Shown here in pieces: positions 55,401 to 64,000 of a DNA stretch of 64,000 nt. The stretch covers positions 62,001 to 126,000 of the forward strand of contig NOWV01000110.1 of assembly GCA_003344405.1 (NCBI GenBank). The letters are read 5' to 3'. The DNA comes from Trichoplax sp. H2. Lineage: Eukaryota. Within the stretch, counting starts at the first letter, position 1. Each line of letters begins with the position of its first letter. Under the pieces are notes generated by a model, which made no database searches, was not told the DNA's origin, and was given only the letters and a program-made list of their open reading frames with translations. The position numbers and the translations under genes are program-made.

Positions 55401-56398
55401 GTTCTAAATAGTTATTAATAAGCACACGTCAGTATCTAGGTCGACTAATCTTTTCCTTTTACATTTTGTAGTGACTTGTAGTCCTTCCCATTGCAAAAAT
55501 GGCGGAATTTGTAGTTTTAATACTTCTTCAAATGTCACCTTTTGCAGGTAAGTTTCATACTCACTGATTATATATTAGAATGCTATATTAACCATTACTT
55601 TAAATAAATTAGAGGAACAGAATTGTTAAAATTACGGACTGTTGATCATTATTTCATAATGTATAGCAATCGAATTTTTATATTTAGTATCACTAGAGAT
55701 ACTATAATAGGAATGTAATAAAATCGATTTTAATTTTCTGTTTGCAATCTTTTTCAGATGTACAGCCTTCCATTCTGGTTCTCAGTGCCAAAATTTAAGC
55801 TGTAAGATTATTTTTATTATTGTACAGTACATAATTATTGGTATTCTTCTAAATTGATTATCATTTTTTAATTAGCGATCAGTATTATTATTATCACCCT
55901 TGGAATAGGAATATCTTCCGTTTTTGTTGTCATCATCGTGGTAATAATCTATTTTCGGAGTCAAAGGTAATAATCAAAGCAACTTTTAATGTTTCATGAT
56001 AATAAATTTTATTGTAGCTACTTTCATGCACAACTGCTTCTTTATCTTTGGAACGTGAAAAAGCTGCATATGTGAGCTGCCGCTATAGTATTAAAATCAT
56101 AGACAATGATGCAAATTTCGTAATAGTAAACGTAATATATCAATTCATCTGTTGCATTTCATGCTTATTACCAATTACTTACTTTATGTTTAAATATGTT
56201 ACATCACCCTAAATTTTCTTGAATCAAAATCTTTTTAAAAGAAAAAGGTCAAACTTAAATATTGAACAACTAGCTGGAAGTTCTGATCAAAGCAGTGAAG
56301 CAATTGACTTGGAAAGCAGTAAATTGGAACCTATTCCTTCTAGACCTTACACCGGCCGTCTTGGTGGAGAGGATACTATAGTAATTTACGATGAATAG
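40406..56398 (+). CDS. Giant transmembrane mucin B, paralog of mucin A, ~4657 aa, 13 exons
   Basis: Exons 40406-40438, 40524-40674, 40824-40985, 41185-53880, 54177-54286, 54378-54448, 54656-54792, 54868-55002, 55241-55351, 55472-55547, 55758-55801, 55876-55966, 56242-56398. The eight SEA/EGF/TM exons have the same lengths as in mucin A (110, 71, 137, 135, 111, 76, 44, 91). Signal MKVAALLKLGYILILYLRIVVDG; SEA motif LRSGSILV. Confidence 0.88.
41300..43550 (+). repeat. Degenerate ~140-250-aa coding repeats (about 4 copies) in mucin B
   Basis: LTTTLV.xVxESS...DxLLTTITKxDFLSS recurs near 41572, 42321, 42957 and 43365. Confidence 0.8.
45260..50830 (+). repeat. ~160-aa (474-495 nt) coding tandem repeat, 11-12 units, in mucin B
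   Basis: The EDFLSNHQST anchor occurs at 45765, 46260, 46746, 47232, 47709, 48186, 48660, 49140, 49626, 50121 and 50604. Confidence 0.95.
51642..52620 (+). repeat. 37-aa (111-nt) coding tandem repeat, 8 units, two carrying an extra 57-nt sub-repeat
   Basis: The LD(T/S)NT anchor occurs at 51642, 51753, 51864, 51975, 52086, 52254, 52422 and 52533. Confidence 0.92.
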
Positions 56399-58148
56399 TG
56401 GCCTAAAATTGGAATCATTTTCGGGAGAAAGTACTTGCTAGTATAAAGACTTCATATTAATTAATTGTATATATAAAGTTGCACTATAATTTTGCTAAAT
56501 TAGCATTTCAATGATAAAGCATAGAAAAATGACTTGTAAGGAAACATTCTCTACTTAAAGTAATGACTTTTTAGGCAAGATACGTATAATTCTATCCTAT
56601 ATATCATAAAATAATTTTATCCAAGTGTGTTTATGTGTACTTTTCAGTGCATACTATAAATAGAATAGACAAATATAGAATACACGAGTATTACGAGCGA
56701 TGGGTGAACTAGGCAAGAAATAAATTATTTTTGAACAAATAAAATTATGAACGAAATAGATTACTCTTCAATTGTATCTTGATTATTAATTGTATCAACT
56801 TTATAGTGTTATCTAATATTCTTTATCTTACGTTGTGTTAGTCCTTGGAATTAGCACAAGAGCCCTAGCCTTTCGAATTTAAATTTCACTAAGCAAAGGT
56901 TCAATTACAATTTCTAGATGATATCTAAACAAACTGACATTAAATTTTGAGGTTCAATATACTAATTTTATATCGATCTACTGTTTATTATGGACTTTTT
57001 AAAGATAATCTTAATTAATCTAAATTTTAAATTCAACTGGCCTTTATTTATACGATACTACCTATTAACAGAGATAGATTAAAAATAACGGTAATATATT
57101 TTTGGGCAATAATTTCATAAATGGCTTGTATATTTTAATAACAATATTTCAAATTTTTATTTTGTTGTATTATGATGCTAATACTAAACTTATCAATCTT
57201 AATATGCTGTATTTTTGAAACTCATTAATAAAATGGTATAAGAAAAAATATCCAGAAAGACTAATAATCTATTTGATTTCTTTAAAACTTGTTACCTTCA
57301 TGAATTGTCATGGTGACTGGTAAATATTATTACGCGATATAAACAAATAAATCTGCAATTCTACGATTGCATGTTGCGATAGATGCTATTCAATGGTGTT
57401 TGCACGTACTGTATAAGTGCTTATAATTGATAATACGATTTCAATATAAGGATGGGCTTTAGTTTTATATTCTGCTATAAAGTCATTGAATGCAGTGAGC
57501 ATGCATGCAAGATAGAAAAATATACGTGCAAGAGTTAATATTTTTGCAGCCATAATACAGCTCCAAAATTAGCTTACAACTAAAGTTATAGGATTGTACG
57601 AAAATAAATAAATTAAATGTTTTATCATAAGATGGATAGTATCTGTTTGTAGGAGGTGATTATAGTAAATATACTGACATGTTCATGTTAGGATTCTGAG
57701 GCATAAATTAATCGCACAAAGTATGTGAGTATTGTAAGACTTTTATTACCACATTTTAATTAGAAAAACGAATGTGAATTGGGGTACTACTCAGGCATTA
57801 GTAACTTAGATATGCTGATTGCAACTAGATCGTCCTTAAAAGTTGTACGACGAACCTAATTTACGAGTGCATAATGTATTGAAGTTAACAAGAAAATAAT
57901 AGTTCTTGTTTGATTATTTGAAGTTGCATTATCACAAGCAATCATAAGTCTCAGAAAAATACTCCAAGAAGAAAAAATTATAGAATCAGTAAGCTTCATA
58001 AGAACAAACAGCTATGTACTTATGGTAAGGAAGTGCAATTAAAGCGTGTATTCTATCAGCAGAGCAGCTAAGTACTTGTTATGCACTGCTTGCTTCGGAT
58101 ACAGAACAAATTATATCCGCATTCCAAATTCTATGGAATAGCACCGAA

Positions 58149-61033
58149 CTATAGCTCTTGCTTATTTCGACTATCTTCCTGTGGATTATGTGTATTTGCT
58201 GATTCAAAATTGCATTGAAAACTTTTCACCAGCGAAGGTAAAAGCTTATTCCAAAAGTTCCTTGCAGCTGGTATAAAATTCCCTTCTACTTGTAAATCTT
58301 TTCTAACTAGGAGATATCTTTCATCACCTTGAGCATAAGGACGCCAATCATCTATATCCATTGGTTTCCTGGTTGTAATATATAATAAAGCACTTGATTA
58401 AAATTTATAACATCTTGCTAGATTGCTTCCATGGTTTTTACTGAATTAGATAATTTTCAGAAATTTGCTAGCATAGGACCAATGAGGCATGGACTATCTA
58501 CTTGATTCAAAGATATCCTGCATTGCTCAATTACATCCATATTTTGACAAGATAATGTTTAGAGATTTGCTGGCACAGGATTAATCAGGTATGGTTTATC
58601 TACTTGATTAAAGGATATCCTGCATTGCTCAATTATATCCATATTTTGGCAAAATAATATTTAGAGATTTACTGCCACCGGATTAATCAGGTATGGACTA
58701 TCTATTTGATTAAAATATATCCTACATGGCTAAATTACATTTTAATTTTTGCTTTACAAAGATAATTTTACGGGATTTGTTGGCACGGAGCTAATCAGGT
58801 ATGGACTATCTACTTGATTAAAGTGTATCCTATATTGCTAAATTGCATCTTTTTTTTGCATATTAAGATAATTTTACCGAGGTTTACTAGAACTTGATCA
58901 TTGAGATATGCACTATCCCTACGCGTATTCACGACTCACTTAAGGATTAAAATTAATTTCTGCACTGGATTTACTTGTTATCGTTACGTCAATTTGCGAT
59001 CAAATGATGCAGCTAAGCATTTTCATAACATAGCGCTTGTAAGCCATTTTAAGCTGGTGCAACACAGAGAAAGTTTGTATCCAGTTAATTATGCCTATCG
59101 TCCAAAATTTGGACAAGAACTGCAAATTGTTAGAGATGTATACTTTTTGAAAACAGAAGTCATAGTATTGTAAGTCGTACATGCTCAAGATGGACTCATA
59201 TTTCTTCAATCTAGTTTCCTAACGTATCATATCAATTTAATTAAATGTATGAAATATCGTAACATGCAAGCATCTCGAAATGATATAGGATAAACAACGC
59301 CTAGGTTTTAGTGTCCTAACGATATACTGTCACAACTGATATCGTTAGTCGACATTGCACACATCTTTTATCGCGATTGGAGATTCTAACTTGACGTTAG
59401 CTATTCTTGTCTTCATTCTTGTCGTTATATATCAAGCTTTAAAATCAAATTAGCTTGTTCTAGCAATGTATCAAACAACTAATGCCTTACTACTGGCAGT
59501 ATTGATTTAGATTACTTACTCTCTTCTGGCTAATCCACCCATGATTCCCATCATATGCTTACTCACTTCGACATCATCTTTGGTATACGTATCTTTAATA
59601 TAAGCTGGATGATGCAATGGATAGCCAAATATATAGGGTACTTCCATCTGATGGATAATCCCTGCGGCAGGTGGAAAATAGGCTGAACCCACAGTAAATT
59701 GATCAAATAGCATCATATATGGCGAATAGTTGTGGGTTGCTAATTGACCAGCAAGATAGGCAGCTGGGACTTGAAAAAGTGCATGAGTTGCAAGTCGATC
59801 CAATTGACAACGATTTCCAATGGGATTATTAATATCTGTATAATTTGTATATTCATGAACGATGAGAGAATGAAGAGAGTCAGGTATAAAGGGTAATTTT
59901 GTAATTTGAACGAAAGATTCCCTAGAAAAACCGGCATTATAGCCAGGGAGCGAGGATGTCATGACAGCACCATCATTTTGCACCGTACTTATAAGTACCT
60001 TTTCCATTGGATTGATTAAACCTTTATAGAGAAGGACTTTAGGATCATCAGGTATAAATTGTTTATCCACTGCTGGTCGAAATAGATACGGATCCAGATT
60101 TCTTATTTCCAGTTGTGCTGTTTGTAATTCATCTTCACTAAGCTTTCGTAAGCATTCTACGGATTCCTCAACCGAATTTTTGGTATTATTGCATGATGTC
60201 TTTGAAAGAAATTTAGTAAATGCCCCATCTAACTGTTCCCATTTGGTATAATATGCATTCATCATCATATTGGTACCACTAAACATAGCCACACTATGGA
60301 ATAAACCACGGCTGACAGGAGAAGTTAAATGATAGGATATTGAAATGGATCCTGCAGAATGCCCACTTAGCAAAACATTATTGGGGTTGCCACCAAAGGA
60401 GGCAATGTTGGCTTGGACCCATTTCAAGGCTAGAGCTTGATCATAAAATCCTACGTTAGGCTCAATTAAGACTTTGTGAGCAGCATTTCTTGCGGCTAGA
60501 AATCCAAAAGAACCTAAGCGATAGTTGATCAAGACCACAATCACATTCTCATAGCTGGATAATGTTTGTCCATGCCACCATGATCCATCTCCATGCAACA
60601 AACTACCACCATGAACCCATACGATGACCGGTAGTTGATCTGAACTTTTTGTTGTAGGCGTAAAAACATCTAGGTAAAGACAATCTTCACTTATTTTCAT
60701 TTCTGGACCGTTTGGATTACTTCGATCGAAAAACGACGTTGGAGATCGATACTGAGAGCAGGTTGATTTATACTGAAAACATGGAAGAGGTTTTTCCCAT
60801 TTCGATTCATAAGGGACAGGTCGTTGATAGCGTAGCGAACCGATTGGAGGTTGTGCAAAGGGAATCCCTTTAAAGCTATAGATTGTTTTATCCAAAATTA
60901 CTTGTTTTTTGCCTTGGATAGGACCATTACTAATATTGATGGTGATGGAATCATCCTTAGTGGCATCTAAATGAACGGCTAAAGATAGCAAGATCATCTT
61001 AATGATGATCAGATTACGCAAAAGACAAGCCAT
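58149..61033 (-). CDS. Type-B carboxylesterase (cholinesterase-like alpha/beta hydrolase), ~577 aa; exons 61033-59520 and 58368-58149
   Basis: Signal peptide plus FKGIPFAQPP, SEDCLYL, VWVHGGSL, NYRLGSFGFL, FGGNPNNV, nucleophile elbow GHSAG, acid QNDG and His in IIHQMEV. Phase-2 junction GA|gtaag...ccag|G. C-terminal KQEL. Confidence 0.93.
58390..58920. repeat. Intronic minisatellite, ~102-108-bp unit, about 5 copies
   Basis: ggactatctacttgatt...gattaatcaggtat starts at 58491, 58593, 58695 and 58803, with degenerate flanking copies. Confidence 0.9.
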
Positions 61034-61572
61034 ATCTTGCACTGCTTATTTCTTCGTCAACGGCAGTATTAGCAAATTGGAATGGTCAACAGGTCCTCTA
61101 GCAATAGCCGACTGTCGAAGAGCTAGGCGCAATGCATCTCTAAATGATTTTTTTCCCACTTGTTTAATAATTTATAATTAAAATAAAGCATTTTGCTTGA
61201 CCAAACTGCTATCCTAAGGAAATAGTTTATGTACTCAACCATCACGTGTTGATTTAAAATAACAATCATGATAACCTATACTCCCATCACCTTTGCTTTG
61301 TTCGTTTATATTAGTATAATTACTCCTTATTTTGAAAGAGGGGATTGGAAAGAAGAGCAAGGGTACTGTTAGTTATGGACAAATCATGATACACCAACCG
61401 TATTGGCATTGAAAGCGAATTGGAGTGGCATAAACAACGTCAATAATATAAATTTCTGGATAAACGCTTGACGTGGGAATTTATGCTAATGATGTCTCAT
61501 AAGCTAGGGCAAAAATGGTCGAGGTTGAAAATGATTTGATGATAATTCATTATTTTACTATTCGCTTAAATC

Positions 61573-62090
61573 ACTATTCTATATTCTGCTTTACTCCTTC
61601 TACTTTTAAGTCTTTAAATGGCAGTCTCAAGTCCTAGAGCGATAAGTAGCAACTATACCTTAAAATGTGATCTATTCTATTTGACTTTAATTGCATTCGT
61701 ATACCTTCCACCACATAAAAGGCCAGCAATCCAAACATACAAACTAGTTTGTAATAACTGCAGGGTGTTAGCAGAAAATCTTGTCTATTCTACATTCTTC
61801 TTTTACATGGTTTTACTGTTTGCTTGAATAACTATTCTATATTGTGCTTTACTTCTAATAAGTCCTTGCATAGCAGTTTCAAGTCCTAGTACTAACAAGT
61901 AACATCTCTAAATTACAATGGGATCGACGATACCTAAGCTTAGATAGAAAAATAGAAAATTTTTCCTAAGCATTCTAATTTAATTACATCGAAGGCCTCC
62001 CACTCCTATAAACGGCCAGAAACTCAAATATACATAACAGTATACTCGTATAATTACTATAGGGTATAAGTAAAAAATCCTGTTGCTTCG
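61573..62090. repeat. Diverged two-copy tandem duplication (~260 bp) upstream of the esterase
   Basis: tattctatattxtgctttact at 61575/61833, gcagtxtcaagtcctag at 61621/61873, ggccag at 61721/62013. Confidence 0.7.
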
Positions 62091-64000
62091 CCGATAGTAT
62101 GCCTGCTTTTTACGTTTGCAAATATCGAATCGACAAGCCTGAAATACTCTGGCGTCTATCGCAACATCTTAGCCAAGAATGGCTACAAATGCCCAAAAAA
62201 ATTAAACGCATTTCTGTCATAAAGGCCATTCAAAATGAAGTATCTTGTCAACACCATGTATTTGTGGTTACCTTTAGTTCGTCTTTTGCAAAATTAGAAT
62301 GTCGACTTAACTGATCAAAGACTGCTGCTACGGTACAAGGAATAGTTCAAGGTAGGATCAATCATTGTGTGCCGCAAGATTTTGTCCAAAATTTGCAAGC
62401 TATACTCCCTGCGGGTAAAAATGCTTTAAGAATAGGAAGGCTAATTTGCAATATTTCTTACTAACAGTGAATCGCACCAACTACTGCGTTGGCATGCATC
62501 TAATGCCGTCTAAATCAACATTGATCGCTAAACTAGGCGTTTTCTTTGCACAAAAGGCTTGAATATTTATAGATTTATACGTACAGTAAAATGATTTTAA
62601 GCTAAAGTAGAAAACAAAGATGTAAGGTATCACTGAGACTACATTCATGATACAGCGAATAAATTTTTTTAACTGCGAGAAGGGTTTTAATTTCTAGTTT
62701 CCTACTGCAAACATGAAATATATTTTTAGTCTTGCAATGACTCCAATGGCGCCATCATAAGCCTTGATCAAGGATTGCAGCAGTATGACTGATGGCCAAA
62801 CCCAATAATTATTTAATACAATTATTGCAATGAATCTCACATCATTCGATATCAGCTTACAGCTAGAATAAATGGTCGGTAAAAGGAAATATATAACGGT
62901 TGATGACCTCCTTGTTGTAAATGGCCAAGTTCAGAAAAGATCATAGTACAGAAGAACTTTGTTTTAATGTTGTACCACGTATCAATTATGAAAACAGCTT
63001 TCCAATCGTAGCTTACGACGAGTAGCTCCAATGATCAGCGACAGGACATATTGTCTCCCACATTAAAAGACATTCAGAAATATTTCTTACACTATCGCCT
63101 AGGACTTGCATCACTAGCAATGCTATTATATAAAGTATCCAACTAATATTTTAATTTTAGGAGATCAATTGATCTCTCTTGATACATAGATGACAAATAT
63201 TTTCCTTGTATTACATTGACTTTAAAAGTATTAGCATCAACTAAAGTAATGGCGATAGTAGCATTTTTCTGGGATGAATCAACTTTATCGGATACCCTAT
63301 TAATTGATATTGATATTGCTATACCATCTATACTTTTCACATAAACCGAAATCTATATATTAAGCCGAAGAAAAATCGCATGATCAAGGCCTCCACTCTG
63401 TAATTAATTCGTAATATGCTATCTATAGTAGCTTGTTTAATAAAGTTCAATAGAATTGATATCATGTACATATACATTACAATAGCTGCAATATTTTCAG
63501 TAGTAAATTTGTTCATAAAGAGTAAGACGACTTAATACTACTAAAAGATGAGGCAGATTCCAAGTAATTTATTTAATTATATGCAGTTGGTACTAAATGG
63601 AAAGTTCATAAACATATCATCCAACAGCTTATAATAGATGAAATGATTAATATGGCCATTAATATGAATATAGAAATATCTTGTAAAATAGTTAACACGA
63701 AGAACACTTTTAACGTACTCATTTTACATACATGTCGGCATGGCTATAAGATATTATATCTGTGTCATGATTTAAAATAAGTTAACCTAACAAATACTAT
63801 TATGTTTGTGTCGTAATTACAAATAAGTCAACTTAGCAAGTACATTATTTCCTTACAAACGAGTATGCGAGTATGTTAATAATTTCAACTTTTAGGTCAT
63901 TAATTTGCAGTGGTCTAGAATATTCCTGTATCAGGTATGTAGGCTTATTTTAGCTTTGTTTCTCTTTCTTTCTTATTGCATACCAATTAAATACAGAAAA

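Noticed and set aside
58491-58900. CRISPR-like array
   Set aside because: Whole units are similar with no unique spacers, the context is a eukaryotic intron, and there are no cas genes.
58390-58920. 102-bp (34-codon) repeat as a possible TPR-coding relic; the minus frame gives KSLNIILSKYG
   Set aside because: The four frames I translated all have stops recurring across units, and the unit length drifts to ~108. Treated as an intronic minisatellite.
62099-63670. Fragmentary ORFs at the right end (possible decayed gene)
   Set aside because: Multiple stops, no recognisable motif and no consistent splice pattern.

Overview
AT-rich eukaryotic (animal) genomic DNA with short GT-AG introns and two 20-N scaffold gaps. 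The gene content, especially the 42-aa KSLKIKLAxLGDNHP TPR repeats, strongly suggests a placozoan (Trichoplax-like); this is inference. Manual splicing gives six genes. (1) A minus-strand gene that appears to join four separate ORF-track ORFs through all-phase-1 introns into one ~1539-aa TPR - Death domain - Roc GTPase - COR - CARD protein (582-11090). (2,3) Two paralogous single-pass transmembrane mucins (signal - Ser/Thr-rich - EGF - SEA - cbEGF - half-EGF - EGF - TM - Tyr tail) of ~810 aa and ~4657 aa, the latter with a 12.7-kb exon. (4,5) Between them, two secreted prepro-cystine-knot proteins with an IL-17/noggin/trunk-like P-x7-C-x3-G-C ... C-x-C signature, carried on a ~5.5-kb tandem duplication. 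(6) A type-B carboxylesterase ending in KQEL. The window also contains several solo-LTR-like elements, a minisatellite and gap-flanking haplotype-like duplicates. Taken together it looks like a candidate epithelial-barrier / innate-immune locus. All gene models are manual, with no transcript or database support.
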